Source: Eledone cirrhosa (lineage: Eukaryota). From it: a DNA stretch of 64,000 nucleotides. The stretch lies in the NCBI GenBank assembly GCA_964016885.1, contig OZ024745.1, positions 54,808,001 to 54,872,000 of the forward strand, read 5' to 3'. Both the position numbers and the translations under genes were made by a program. How positions within the stretch are numbered: position 1 is the stretch's first letter; every line of letters begins with the position of its first letter. This document shows, one piece after another, positions 1 to 14,026 of this stretch. The notes under the pieces were generated by a model that saw nothing but the letters and a program-made list of their open reading frames with translations, did not search any database and was not told the origin of the DNA.

Positions 1-267
1 TATAAACAAAATTCACAAGCCTCACACCTAAACCAACCTGCAAGAACAACTCTTTGATTTCCTCAATTCTTTTAAATTCTTTTGAATTCTGTTAGTCAAA
101 TGTTTGTATCGGCAACGTAGTCTGTATTCATAACGAAACGCACACACAACCTCCACCTCCCCTTTTGTTTCATTCATCTACCAGTCACCACCAGCTACCA
201 AATAGCTTTTAGAACTAATGATGATTATATCAAAAATGTTTACATCACTGGAATACACATTTTCCCC

Positions 268-540
268 ATTACCATCTTTCCATTCGAGGGAGGTAAATCC
301 CTAATCTGAGACGTGACGTGGTGCATGACGTTATCCGCCCCAAGCCTTGTCACTATGGCTACAAACCCGAGCACCACCATCCGAGATGCCGAGAAGGGGT
401 ACATAATTAAATACCAGGGTTTGACCTACCACTTAATTATCGGACCCACACTGCTGGTTTCCTTCGTAGAATCGGAAAGACATTGGAACACCTGGTGAAA
501 GAACGCTACAAGACAGATTGACTGTGGCAATATGTGTCAC
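268..540 (+). mobile_element. Decayed C-terminal restriction-like endonuclease (RLE) fragment of a CRE-clade-like non-LTR retrotransposon
   Basis: Frame from 268 reads ITIFPFEGGKSLI*DVTWCMTLSAPSLVTMATNPSTTIRDAEKGYIIKYQGL, then ...LQDRLTVAI. This matches the GK.LIWDVT..DT.A.S...AE..K..KY..L...QRLS.AI pattern of CRE-type RLE domains; in-frame stop present. Confidence 0.6.
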
Positions 541-644
541 TTTCTCCGTAGCAATACATTTGCCGTTATATCCTCGGAGCGCAGCTAAAACACTGCTCAG
601 ACTGGAGTGCTTCGTTTCCCCTTTTGTTATTTCTTTGATAGGGC

Positions 645-815
645 GGTGGATTGGCAGTATCGGTAGAGGGTCGGACGCCATGCTTTCCAGCATAGTTACG
701 TCACTTTACGATCCGAGGTTCACTTTGCCTTTCATCCTTACGGGGTCGATAAAATAAAGTACCAGTAATGCACTGGGTATTTGCTGGCCTTGTGCCTAAA
801 GTAGAAACAGTTATT
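645..815 (+). mobile_element. tRNA-derived SINE with MetaSINE-like core (internally deleted copy)
   Basis: TGGCAGTATCGG A-box-like head, core CTTTGCCTTTCATCCTTACGGGGTCGATAAAATAAAGTACCAGT, tail TTGCTGGCCTTGTGCCTAAAGTAGAAAC; the same sequence recurs at 7.4, 7.6, 22.4, 31.9 and 57.5 kb. Confidence 0.85.
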
Positions 816-1785
816 TCCTTGATTAATTGTTCTTTGTCATTCTTTTTCGAATTTTCCATTCTTGTTTCCTTATTACCGTTCGTTGTAGTTATCACATTTT
901 TTGTGATTATCACACATTCTGAATTATATAATCAACGTCTGAAATTTTGATAATATATACGATCATCACTTCACACACTCGCAAAAACAAATATGCTTCG
1001 AACTTATATATCACCACACATGTAAATGTATCTTTATATGTATGTTTGTATGTATGTTTGTATGCAGGTATATATACGTATATATACGTACCTATCCATG
1101 TTTATGTACTCAAACACACATATGTATTATGCACTGAATGACATAAACAATAACGGCTAATATAACAGATCCATTAATCAACAATTGAAGTTTATATGGG
1201 TGTTAACATACATATCGTAGAATTTTGTTTATTTCTTTTGGTAAATGCTGTATCTTTGCAATAGTCTTCCTTTGTTAATGAATGCATGTAGATATTTACT
1301 TTTTCTTTTCGGTGTATTTTAATATAAGAAAGAAGTTGTTTTGAAGCATTTAATATTAAAACACATGATTGATAAAAAATAATGCGCCATGCAAGATGCA
1401 ACAAAAATAATATTTGGTGTACTAGTTTTTTGAAAGAGATAATTATCTATATGTAAGCGTAATCAATAATATGGTAATAAAACTTTCACGAGGAGATTAT
1501 CACAGGGAAAAATAAAATACCTCAGGTAAATCTGTAGCAGATTTAAAGCCATTGAGTTTCAATAGTGTCCTACTGGAAGACAATGTAGTTCATGCTGTTC
1601 CATTCTATTCAGCTGGTAACAATGATTTGGAACAGTAATTCAAATGACCTGCCTTGTCATACATTGTGTCTCAATGATTCCCTCTGAGGATAGAATGTTC
1701 AACCACTTACAGGTTAACTTTATATGCAGGCCGTACTTTTAATCAAATATCTTCAAAATTCGTCGTCGGAACTGCCGAAAGTCAA

Positions 1786-1880
<95 letters not shown>

Positions 1881-1908
1881 CTTCTCGCTACAATACTTTC
1901 TATAATTT

Positions 1909-1939
<31 letters not shown>

Positions 1940-2635
1940 GGGAGAGAGAGAGGGGTGGGGGGAGAAGTATGTGTGTGCGTGAACGTATCTGGTTCTATTC
2001 AATATAATTATTCAATCGATATAGAGAGGAGCTCATTGTTTTGCAAACATACCATATCGCTCGTACATTTTCCAATCACTGTTGCTGCTAAAATAATTAC
2101 ATTTTTCATTATATTTACTCGATTTGACACGCTATCTCATTTCAGAATTTCTAATCCTGACGTGTGACTCTACAAATTACCAGCGTTGTTCTGACATTTT
2201 TTGTAACCATAGCTGGAGAGTTTGGGATAAAAAAAATATGTTTGATATGGGACGAAGTGGGATGTACATGACCAAAAAACATCTCTCCCAACTGTGTTGC
2301 TATGTACTTGATTGAGCCACTAGAAAAGAACGTCAAATTTATTTAAAATGAAGAAAAAAAAAATATATATATATATGGCTGCGTCATAAATACGATGGTT
2401 TCAAATTTTAAATACATTTGGCGTTCTTTTCTCACTATATATATGTATATATATATATATATTATCGTGGGTGTAGTAATTTTGATGGTATATTTTTCCC
2501 CACTGCTACTGTTAGGTTCAACAACAATTACAAAATAGCACTATAATCAATGGAGCAAATTGAACCAACCAATGACCGGGTTTCAACACTATAAGAAAAC
2601 AAAATAGTAACATATCTCTTTCATATCTTATCTTC

Positions 2636-2719
<84 letters not shown>

Positions 2720-2760
2720 CAAAATGTTAATAAATGAAAAATATTCTCATAATCAAAATA

Positions 2761-2827
2761 TATACTTTATTATACATATTTCAAAGGTACAATGGTGTTG
2801 AAGTGCGTTTTCATTAGACAAAATATA
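2761..2827 (-). ncRNA. Decayed hammerhead ribozyme motif (G5A core), paralog of the 3476-3542 motif
   Basis: Minus strand: TATATTTTGT-CTAATGA-...-GAAA-TATGTA-TA-ATAAAGTATA; 10-bp stem I with two G-U pairs; 2716-2830 aligns with 3433-3545. Confidence 0.45.
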
Positions 2828-3121
2828 AGATTTGATATGTGGCATATCAAACCACTACGGTTTTGATTATTCAATTCCAGTGTTGGCAGGGATTTATTTC
2901 ACCAAATCTTAACGTTTTTATACCACAAATAATATGATAAACTTAAAGAAGAAAAGGACGTAGAGCAAGGTAAAAATATTGAAGGGGGATGCAAAGAAGA
3001 GGGATGCAAAGAAGGGAGTGCTTCTAATCTATTGTGAAATTGTATTCGTTGATTAATCAACGAACCATATTAATATTTGGTATATATACATAAGTTTGCT
3101 TGAAGCATTGTGGAATAATAA

Positions 3122-3415
3122 GATTTATTATCTTTTGGTCGTTTTGGAAGACTCAACAATGCAGATGGGTAATTCTCCAGGTAACAGCACCTGGTGGTGA
3201 AGAGAGAGATGTGAGGGAATATTGAATTTGATGTATAATGTGTAGAGGAACGTAGGAAAGAGCGTACAAATAAAAATAAATAAAAAAAATTAAAAATAAA
3301 AATAAAAACATTCAACATTCCCTTACATCTCTCTCTTCACTACCGGATCCTGTTACCCGGAGAATTACCCATCTGCATTGTTGAGGCTGCCAAAACGACC
3401 AAAAGATAATAAATC
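3122..3415. repeat. Inverted repeat, ~107-bp arms (3122-3228 / 3309-3415) with ~80-bp spacer
   Basis: GATTTATTATCTTTTGGTCGTTTTGG...GGGTAATTCTCC is the reverse complement of GGAGAATTACCC...CCAAAACGACCAAAAGATAATAAATC; right arm abuts (TA)n. Confidence 0.9.
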
Positions 3416-3475
3416 ATATATATATATATATTAATTCAAAATATTAACAAATATAGACATTCGTGTGATCAAGTA

Positions 3476-3542
3476 TATTTTATTATAGATATTTCAGAGG
3501 TACTGAGCTATCTTCAACAGTAAGTCATCATCAGATAAAATA
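3476..3542 (-). ncRNA. Type I hammerhead ribozyme motif (canonical CUGAUGA core)
   Basis: Minus strand: stem I TATTTTAT/ATAAAATA (8 bp), CTGATGA, stem II containing TACTG/CAGTA, GAAA, short stem III TATCTA, cleavage triplet AUA. Confidence 0.65.
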
Positions 3543-3785
3543 AGATGATGATTGACATACCTTGACTATGTAGATGGTTAAAATTCAGTCATGGCAAATT
3601 CAGTCATGTAAAACTTTATTCATTGAATTATTCATTGAAACTTGTTTAACCTTTAAATATATATATATATATATGTAGATAGATAGATATGTATATATAT
3701 ATATACATATATATATAAGGTGTCACAGCATTGAACATTTCTTATTAGCGCATATTATAGAAGTACATTGTCTAAGTTATATTTT

Positions 3786-3904
<119 letters not shown>

Positions 3905-4469
3905 TGCATGTGTCTGTATGTGTGTGTATTTATATATATTCCTATATAATATATGTCAACGGAGAGAGCAATGAGAACAGCCTGTGGTCCATGATTTGTG
4001 GAGGCTATTAATTATAAAGGAAATCGATGGAAGAACCCAGCATTACTTTATGCACATACACTTCTAATGTATTACGATAATTATTTTATTTATTTCCAGT
4101 TATGCTCGAGGATTGAGTGAAAGTTAATGATGAGTTATTAGCCCAATATTAGATCTACATTTTGACACCTTAATCTGTTGTTTATCTTAACAGTTTTTTA
4201 ATATTATGGCGAAAAGAATGGGGAAAGGGGGGAAGTAGCATATACTCATTACTACATCGGAAATTGAGCAATGTCTTTCTCTAAACGTTTCTAACTAATC
4301 TCCCGAATCAACTAAATGGATAGTTGAATGAATACCAATACATATTTCTTTCAACACAACGTATGATCAGGAAAAAAACATTATCATACGTCATTCCAAC
4401 GTAATTTATTTAAACTGCAATTTTTTTCAATCGTCTGTTGACTGATGTTTGGAAGGTGATTGGATCTTT

Positions 4470-4745
4470 GGAAAGGTGCCTAAACAATGGCAACCGTGAA
4501 TGAAAATCAACATTTTTAAAGTTGTGGATTTGGGGGTGAGAATGTTCCAATTATAGAGCGATCTGTTTGTTAAAACTTCCCGGTAAAGTCAAAGTCAAAT
4601 GTCTGCCAAAGAGATGTAGGGAGATTGTCGTGTCCAAGCTCGTTGAGGAGCAGTGTGGATTCAGCACAGCCAAGTAAATATTCACACTACGACAGGTCTT
4701 TGAGAAATTGAAGGAGTACAGCTGTGGAAGCCTCTGCATGAGTGT
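4470..4745 (+). mobile_element. RTE-clade LINE reverse-transcriptase N-terminal fragment
   Basis: Translates to GKVPKQWQ...CSNYRAICLLKLPGKV..KCL..RCREIV..KL.EEQCGF...IFTLRQVFEK, with stops and indels. Confidence 0.75.
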
Positions 4746-4819
4746 TGTAATCGATAGACAGCCTCTTGTTACTTGATGTATCTATATGAATCGTATTTGA
4801 GTTCGGATTAGAGGGTATG

Positions 4820-5200
4820 ACTGCTAATTGACATGACCGAAAAATTTAGCATGTATAAAGACCTGGAAATAGAGATTGGAAAAATGTGGAAGTTGAGAAC
4901 TAAAACAATAGCAGTGGTTGTAGGCACTCTGGGAATGATACCTAAAGGGTCTAATGATTTCTTATCCCAAATCCCAGTAAACCCGCGTATAGGAGAAATA
5001 CTTCCTTAGTATATGGGAACCGCCCTTATACTAAGGAAGATTCTGTCAATATAAGTACATCACAAGTGTAAACACCGAAACATATATGTGTGTGTATGCG
5101 TTTTTTTCTAGAACATGGCGGCCCTTGTTGTCACTTGAGGTCATTGGTTGTGACCTGGCGATAACTTGCATGAACATAAAGCAAGATAAATGGAAAAAAA
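4820..5200 (+). mobile_element. R4/Dong-like (RLE-bearing) non-LTR retrotransposon 3' end
   Basis: EKFSMYKDLEIEIGKMWKLRTKTIAVVVGTLGMIPKG...MGTALILRKILSI* (KY.DL..E..RMW...V.VGALG motif), followed by a short 3' UTR and an A-rich end. Confidence 0.75.
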
Positions 5201-7015
5201 AAAGAAATAAGAAGAAGAGTGTTTCTCAATCAGGTAGTAGGTACGTATTGCTACATGTATGTCTTGAGTGATAATAAAATCATATATTTCCATAAAGATG
5301 GTTTCAGGTTCAGTTGTGTATTGCAAATGCCTATGATGTTTTTCTATTGAAAGTTAATGTTTGACATGTCTGTACTTTTCTGGTATATTATAATCCATAT
5401 TAGTTTGATCGTTGCATTAGCTGTATATATATATTTGAGGACAGTGTAGTTGCTTCCTCACTACCACGAATTCTGTAGTATTATTAACATCCCTTTTTTA
5501 TATTAGTGTTAGATGTGAACATTAGAACCACACCTTTGATTCATTTATGTTTTGAATCGGATATGAATACCGTTAGAAGAATTATCAAAAATAATCATCT
5601 CACACATGAATGAGATCATGAAGTGACATTTCTTGCAAATGCATGAAAAATGTATGATGCAAGCTTTTGCTTCATGTCATTCATCAGATTTACTGCGTAA
5701 ACTGTAATGCTTTATTTTTTTTCTATATCAATAGATGTTGAAAGATAGCGTAGGACACGCCTATCATCTATCCAAAACAATCAACAAATGTGTTGATTTC
5801 ATCAGGCATTTTGACAGAATTGTTATGAAAGGTATGAATCGGAGAGGAATGTCGAAAACAAATTTATTTTATTTTTCTCTGCTTACTAATTCATATGTCC
5901 ACAAAAGGCGCTTTGCCTTTCATTTATGATTTAGAACATATAGCCTAAGCTTCTGTAAAACATTCGTGATTATTACAGGAGATCACCAAAATGTGTCACC
6001 AGCATCTAATTCATATCATGTGGTGCCTGCCAGAACAAAATCGAACTTATCAGTATGGTGGTCGCAATTTAACAATCCACAAGCTATCTACCCTGTAGCA
6101 TCTGAAGTATAGGTTTTTATATTGATAGTGGCAAAAATAGACTCTTTTATTTGCTGCATAATATTATTTAATCAGATTATCAATTGAAAAAACAATTATA
6201 ATATTTAAAGAAACAACACAATCTCGAAAGAAAACCGAGACTTTGGCTTGACCAACCAAACAAATTTCCAAAAGGGATGTGGCTGATGTTAGTTACTTTG
6301 AACTGGTCTACGCAAGTTTTTGTTTTGGACAGAGTAATTCATTTCTTCGCATGAGAAAGCATGGTAAAATTTCCAAGATTCATTTCATCACATGTTCACA
6401 CCAATAATGACAACAGTAATAACAACAACACGAAAATCATCATAGTGAAACTAGCAGACACATTATCCACTTTGACGACAATTTGTCTGATTAATATTAG
6501 GTGAATGCTTGTCTGCGTGTGAGTGGGCAAAAATAAACTATAAATCAATAGTGTCCAGAATATTTAGGACACAAAGTACGGAACATATCGTTAATCCATT
6601 AAGGTCGATTGCAGATGAAAATTCTGTTCTGAAACAGAAGAGGTAACTTGGAAAGCCAACATAAAGGCATGTAATTGCCATTAATTAGTTACTGAACCAT
6701 GATTGTCAAGAGATTCATCAGCAAATGAAATCTGTTCTCTACTCTTTCGTGTTGATGTTATTATGTTTGTTTTTACCAAAAAGAAAACTCGATTTTCAAT
6801 GTTTAAATGAGGAGACCAAAGACGCCAAAAAGATTCATCACCTGATAAGACATGACAGAGAAATTGTTTTTCTATTGCAGGAGGAATAAAAAACGGGTGT
6901 GTGTCTGGGGAGGGAGTTAAGTTAACTAATTATTTCAATTACTGACACCTGGTATCTTCATGATATTTCTTTCTTTTAATGTTTAAATTCCATTCACCAA
7001 ACACTCGCTACAGTC

Positions 7016-7232
<217 letters not shown>

Positions 7233-7397
7233 TTCACGAACTCTTTCACGCACAAACAAATTTCGATATAATGTATTTGTTTTTCTTTTACCAGGATTTG
7301 TAGATGGTGTGATAAAAAGTATTGAAAATAAAGAAAATTCAAAAACACGTGCATACACGTAACATTAGAGAGACGCGTAATTATCTGATATTGCACG

Positions 7398-7775
7398 CGG
7401 TGGTTTGGCAGTATTTGTAGAGCGTCAGACACAATGCTTTGCAACATAGAGTTATGGCCCTTTACGCCGAAGTTAACTTTGCCTTTCATCCATATGGGGT
7501 AGATAAAATAAAGCACCAGTAACACACTTGCGTAATTGCTGGCCTTGTCCCAAAAGTAGAAATATTATTATTATTAGGATTGGCATCATGCTTTGCAGCA
7601 AAGAGATACGGCCCTTTACAGTCTGAGTTCAAACCCACTGAGGTTAGCTTTGAATTTCAACCTTACGGGGTCGGTAAAATAACATACCATTAATGCACTG
7701 GGGTCGATATAATAGACTTTCCCTTCCCCAAAATTGCTGGCCTTGTGCCTATAGTAGAAATTATCATTATTATTA
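7398..7775 (+). mobile_element. Two tandem copies of the tRNA-derived MetaSINE-core SINE
   Basis: Core TTTGCCTTTCATCC...GGGGT.GATAAAATAAAG at about 7478-7515 and again at about 7648-7685; each ends TTGCTGGCCTTGT...AGTAGAAA + (TTA)n; B-box GAGTTCAAACC at 7625. Confidence 0.85.
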
Positions 7776-8533
7776 TTGTCCTTTGATCTGTCAAGACGTA
7801 TGTGAATATCTCTCCGTAAGTTTTGTTAAATTTGCAGTGTTTACATTGTATTCATTGTTATATATTTTGTCACCAACTGTTGATAAGGACCCACACCTCG
7901 CCCTGTAATATTCTGGACTTGAGCCCAAATATTGGAACTTCAAAAAACATTTATATTTCAAAAGAAATTAGAAGGGACCACTTCCTTAAAGTTCAGCCAG
8001 CTATCACGTTACAGTGGATCGAATGTATTATTATTATTATTATTATTGAATGCCATGGTTGACGGAGGCTTGGCTCTGTAAGGTATAGTAATTTTACACC
8101 GCTATAACAATTGTAAATTGTTTAAAAGTTTAACCAAATTGTAGATAAAAACACCCTCCTCCTCGTGAGAGGGGTCTTTCTGCCCGTTATTTAGCGCTTC
8201 GGGGTTAAATAAACGCTTATTGGGGTTTTGTACCCAATATTCATTTTAAACCCCAAAAAAACATGGCTACAAAAAAAGAATTTTCACAAATCACTCCCAC
8301 TCATTCCGTCTTCTTCTTCCTCAATCGTCACTACATCAGAGAGAAGATTGTCTCTCTCCCTCCCTTCTCTAAATGTGTCTCTCTCCCTCCCTTCTCTTTC
8401 GCAAGCGACGCCAGTAAAGAAAAAATAGTTTCCAAAATCACGTGCAAAACGTGGAACATTTCTCCACGACGAAGACAACGACGAAAAAGGTGTGTGCGTT
8501 AAATACGAAAACCCATTTCATTCGTCTGACGTC

Positions 8534-10290
8534 ATGAATAATAGCAGTAGCAGCCGTAATAACAACAGCAGCAGCAGCAACATGACAAGGAAAACAACAG
8601 TAGCAGCCGCAACAGCATCAGCAGCATAAAGAACAACAGCATTAGCAGCAACAGCAACAACAACAGCAGCAGCAGCAACAACAACAACATCCACAGCAAC
8701 AGCGGCGGCGGCAGTCGTAGTACCAGCAGCAACAACAAAAGTAACAGCAGCTCTGTCGACGACAACAACAACAACAACCACAAAGAAAAACCAATCTCGT
8801 TTGCAGGTATCGCAAAGAACCTGGAAACCATCCTTATAACAAATGAGGAATTACAGGAAACAAGGAAGATGGACACGAAAACCGGACACCGAGCAATCTG
8901 CAAGGCAGCCGAAACATTTTTTGAAACCCAACAGCACTGTACGGTCACGTACCGTACAGTAAGCACACAATCCTGTAGGGTTGAAAGGGCCACAGAGGCT
9001 CAAATACAAAAAACCTTAGGGTCTGTGTGGAAGCGGAAAACGCATATCACCCGAGGCAAGAAATATGCCGCCGTAGATGTGCTTTTTGCCACACCCCAGG
9101 AGGCAAAGTTTCAATCCTTAGTGACCCTAAGGAGCGAGGAAATGGTGTTGGTGCCTTCCTATTGCGGACAAAACATTGTGAGGGTCAAACTGACCCACGT
9201 GCCCCCCAGAGGGATGGCCCCTTCGTGGCTGGCCGTGTCTGTCCTCGTCGGAATCGAGAACAAAACAACTGTACTGCAAGTACAGAAAAAAGTACGAGAA
9301 GATTGGGTCGGCACCTCCATTGAGATGTTAATCGAAACCAACCAGGAGTGCATCGAAGCTATCCCGGATGTGATAACGGCACTCAACTGCCCATAAGTGT
9401 TGAGGGCAAACGCCCGAAATGCTTTCGCTGTGGATCGAAGACTCACCTCAAGGCCTTCTGCAATGAGGACACCCTGAGAAAGGAGAAAACCCCCCTACTT
9501 CCGAAACTGGCTCCACTGCTACCAGCAATAGGACAAGCGGCAACCAGGAAGAATAGGTCCGTGGCACCCATACCCACGCCACGGAAAACAAGAACAGCAG
9601 CAGTGGAAGTATTGACAACAACAACAGCAATACCAACTGCAGCTACAGCAGAGACTCCACTGCAAACATCACCAACAACAACAAGTGAAAGAGTGGAGCT
9701 GGTACCCCTCCCCGACCTCACAGAATCGATCATGGAGTGTGAGGTGGGAGAGGGATGGCAAAAGGTCGCAAGAAGGCACAACGCAGAAGCAGCGCATCGT
9801 CGCCTTCGAAAAGGGAGGAAAGAAACGAAAAAAGGGTAAAGGCTACTGCAAAAAGACTTACAGCAGCAACAACACCAACACCATCACCACCCACACTAGC
9901 ACAAACATCACCATCGGCGGCAACCCCACCGCCAACAACAACAACACCTTCAACACCACTACCACAAGCACCAACATCGCAAACACAACAAAACATACAC
10001 ACCCAGCAACAACGACAAGAAAATAGCAGAACCACACCCACCCCCAGAAAAACAAATGCACAGCAATAAATACACACAACAAGAAATTAATGACTTACAT
10101 AATTGAACACACAGACATTTCACAGCACGACTACATAATACCAGCACAAATCAAAACACCAACGAACATAAGACTGGTAAAAATAGCACAGAAACAATAC
10201 ACAAACATTAAAACAAAATTCCCCAACGATAAGCCGAAGGGCCGATTCAACGGTCCTTTCACCAGACGATCAAGTGAAAAGGGATGGTGA
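8534..10290 (+). pseudogene. Tx1-like ORF1 (gag-like nucleic-acid-binding protein), frameshifted
   Basis: ORF pieces 8869-9396 and 9348-9839; zinc knuckle CFRCGSKTHLKAFC preceded by VEGKRP; low-complexity T/Q/A-rich ends; start position tentative. Confidence 0.75.
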
Positions 10291-10355
10291 AACCATCCTT
10301 CCTCTGCGAGAAGTAAGGTAAGTGGTCTTTCCCATCTTTTCCACTCCATTTCAAC

Positions 10356-13300
10356 ATGACCTCACTCAGAATAGGCAGCATAAATGCGCGTGGCTTGGGG
10401 TCGTCATGGAAGCAGGGCCACCTGCTCAACGACCTCAGGTCACTAAACATAGACGTAGTGGCCATCAGCGAGACCAGAATCTCCGAAGCACGGGCCTTGG
10501 CACCGATCTTCGGCGGCTACGATGTGTACGCATCTCCAAGCCGTCCTTGATCGGGGGGGGGGGGGAGTTGCTGTGCTTTTTCGGAGAGGTTTGGATCTCG
10601 CCATACGGGCCATCGTCCTGGACCCAGAAGGTAAGTTGGTGGTGCTGGACGTGACCAGCGGAGAAGGGCAAGCTTTCAGGCTAGTGGCCGTCTATGCCCC
10701 GACAGGAACAGGGCGGCCTGATTTCTTCCGGCGTCTGGAGACCTCTCTTGGAACGTCCCGCTCTTTAGTGTTAGTGGGCGACTGGAACGGGATCTTAGAT
10801 GCACGCTGGGACTGTGTGGGATTAGCGGATAGGGGAGGAGGGGCAAGAGCCTCACCAACCTGCTCAGGCGTTTTGAACTGTCTGACATGTACCGATTGGA
10901 TTTCCCGAATGTGCCAATGTGGACTTGGACAAATCGCATAGGGTCATCCAGATCATATCTAGATAGAGTATTTTGTAGGGAAATAGATAGGTCTAGCATA
11001 AGCTGTCCACAATTGAAGATAGTCAGCTACACGGACCACAAATTCGTGATCTGTGTGCTTGACTGAGATAGGCTTCATAGACGAGGACCCGGCTACTGGA
11101 AGCTAAACACGTCCTTACCAGCGCCGCAAGGCCTACAGAGACCGGATTAGCGAACTAGTTAAGCGAGCGTTGACGAGGGCCATCGTCAACAACAATTAGT
11201 GGTTTGCTCTGCAAAGAGCGATTTGAATAGAGTCCATTAGGTTTAGTAAGGCTTTAGTTATAGAGAAAAATAGAGCAGAGGGAGAACTAGTTACAAAATT
11301 AGACGAGGCGCTTAGCAAAGGCATCGCGGCCGACGTACTTGCGGCGAAATTGGCCCTCAACGAATTCTTCAATGCAAAGCACGAAGGCGGCGTTGTCAGA
11401 GCTAGGGTGCGTGCTCTCAGAAACGAGGGGACGAAAGCCGATCAATGGGCCCGAGTGGCGGAGGCACGTCGTGGCAACAAAGGCACGATCCGGTCTTTGG
11501 TGGACCACGACGGGCGCATGCTACTCGATCCCGGGAAAATGTATGAAGCTTTTCAGCGACACTTCGCTCAATTGTTCGGGGGCAGCGGCGGGCCGGATCG
11601 AGGGATGGACTTTAGTGTCTACCTCGACGGACTGCCGCGGCTCTCAGCCACTGAGGCGGAGTGTTGCGAAAAGCCGATAACAACCGCTGAAGTACGGGAG
11701 GCAATGACTGGCTGCACAAGGGGTAAATCGCCTGGTTTGGATGGTCTGCCATATGAACTTTACGTACAAATGCCAGACCTGTTCGGAGGCCTCTTGGCGG
11801 ACGTCTACTGAAACTGGCAACAGAACGCGAGAATTCCCAGCACTGTGAGCCGAGGAGCGGTGGCGCTGCTGAGAAAGGATCTGAACAAGGGGGATAACAT
11901 AGATAATATTAGGCCCATAACTCTGCTAAATACAGAGTTCAAGATTTTGGCCAAGGTGCTAGCAAAGAGGTTGGCGCTTGTCGTTGGTGGTCTGGTGGGA
12001 GAGGCGAAGACATGCGCCATTCCCGACAGATCCATCCACGATAACCTCCACCTCATACGATACATCGTAGAGAGGGTAGCTAGGGAACCTGGCACGGGTG
12101 GGTCCTTGATCAATTTAGATCAGTCGAAATCTTTCGATAGGGTCGACCATCGTTACCTAGCGGCAGTCCTCAGTGCGGCTGGCTTTGGGCCCGTCTTCAG
12201 AGGCTGGATCGCTGCCATGCACAGCGACATCTGCTCTGTGGTGAGAGTGAACGGTCACCTTTCGGAACCGTTCAACATCATGCGCTCGGTCCGCCAAGGA
12301 TGTCCCCTCTCGTCACTCTTGTACGTATTGACTCTCGAGCCATTACTGCACAAACTGGAGACGTTGAGGTGGGTCCCGCGCGAACTAGGATACGGAAGAT
12401 CCGTGTCAGCTATGCGGACGATGTCACCGTAGTGGTGTCGAACGCCAAACAATCGAGGCGATCGGCACTACACTAAGAGAATACGAAGCGGTGACAGGAG
12501 CAATGATCAACCAGGAAAAGTCAGTGGGCCTGCAGCTCGGCACCTGGAGAGGCATGTCCATGCCGTCCAATAGCGTCGTCGGGCGCTGGACGGACGGACC
12601 GGTTAAATTGCTAGGGGTCTGGTTCGGTCCGGACCTCCAGACAGACAAAAACTGGGACGAGGTGACGAGCAGGGTGGCTTCTATCACCCAGAAATGGGCG
12701 GAGTGGAAGCTATCCCTGAAAGGTCGAGCGGAGGTGGCGAACGCGTACATCGCGTCCGTCTTCTACTACCGCCTGACCGTTGTACCTTGTCCTAAGCCCC
12801 GCCTGACGGCGCTGGAGCGTTTGCTCTTTCGCTTTTTGTGGAATAGACGCGCCCCGATGATCAGGCTGTCCATCTGCTGTCAACACCCTCTATGTGGAGG
12901 GCTGGACATGCCGTGGCTGAAGATGCGCAGACACGCACTCTGGCTACGACATCTTCACCTCTTCATCGACGGTGATCAGGTGTGGTCGCCGTTTGCTAGA
13001 CACGTCTTTACCCAGCTCGTCTCCTTGACGGAGCCTGAGTCCTGGGCCAAGCGAAGACCAAGAGGGAGCGCTTGGAGACTGGAATGTCTTCAGACGCTCA
13101 CAGCCCTCGACCAATCGGGCAATGTGATCGGTGGAAACTCCACCTTGGCGTTCTATAAAGGATTAGTGAAGTGGAAGAGCGACGACGTACTTGGAGAAAC
13201 TCTAGGTATCGACGAAAATCAGCCAATCACTTCGGAAGGACTTTCCGGCCGGGTCCTACGGTCAACTTCCAGAAATCCCTGGCCTGGCAGTGCTACCGAG

Positions 13301-13759
13301 GAGCTTTGCCAGTTCGGGATAAACTCTACAGGCATGGAGGTGCTGTCAGTCGGGCATGTCCGAGATGCGCGCAGGGCGACGAAACCGTCCTGCACGCACT
13401 CGTCCAGTGTCCGAGCATTGCTGACCTGTGGGTTTATGTCGAACACCTGCTGTCACGTGTAGGACGGATCCAGCTATCAGCTGAGTGCATTGTGAGGAAT
13501 GCCTCGCCCTCTTCCTTTAGCCGGGAAGGGCAGGCAGTTTTATCTGGCGAAAGAGATAGTATGGAGGACACGTTTGAAAGGGCTGAAGACGAGGACTTAC
13601 CTCTTCAGTGATGCCCTGATTAACTTTTTCAAATTTCATTTGAAAAGGAAAATCAGGGTAGAGAGGGAAGTGCTCGCTTACCAGCATTTTGTTGAAAGAT
13701 GGGTGAGAGAAGCAAGAATGGCCCGAGTGAATGGGCCTACTCTGACTATGTATCTGTAA
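10356..13759 (+). pseudogene. Tx1-like ORF2 (APE endonuclease + reverse transcriptase), several frameshifts and stops
   Basis: MTSLRIGSINARGL...ISETR; VYAP; GDWN; SYLDR; TDHK; KSPGLDGLPYE; RPITLLN; LDQSKSFDRVDH; RQGCPLS; YADD; split over at least 7 ORF pieces. Confidence 0.93.
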
Positions 13760-14008
13760 ATTAAAGGTGGAAAACTGGGAGAGGGCACTTGCCTTGGTGG
13801 TCAGGGTCACTGTGGCCTTTTACTGGGCTTTCCCCACAAATGTCCCTCCGAACTCTCCCCCCAATTGGGGAATTATTCATTGATATTTTTTGTTACATCC
13901 TCTGTTTTTGTTTTTTACACGCAGAAATGCCCATTTGTACCGTCCTGTATTGTCCAGAACTGTCCTTAATGTCTACTTTATGTAAACCCTTGTGGTTAAT
14001 AAAGAAAT

Positions 14009-14026
14009 CATTATTATTATTATTAT

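Noticed and set aside
3372-3410. TTGTTGAGGCTGCCAAAACGACC as a decayed hammerhead in the inverted repeat
   Set aside because: Too many core mismatches and no consistent stems.
5640-5695. Minus-strand CTGATGA-ATGACAT-GAAG
   Set aside because: No GAAA/UH and no stem I complement.
5978-6111. 43-codon open frame after TTACAG (GDHQNVSPAS...)
   Set aside because: Weak acceptor, no recognisable homology and no linkable partner exon.
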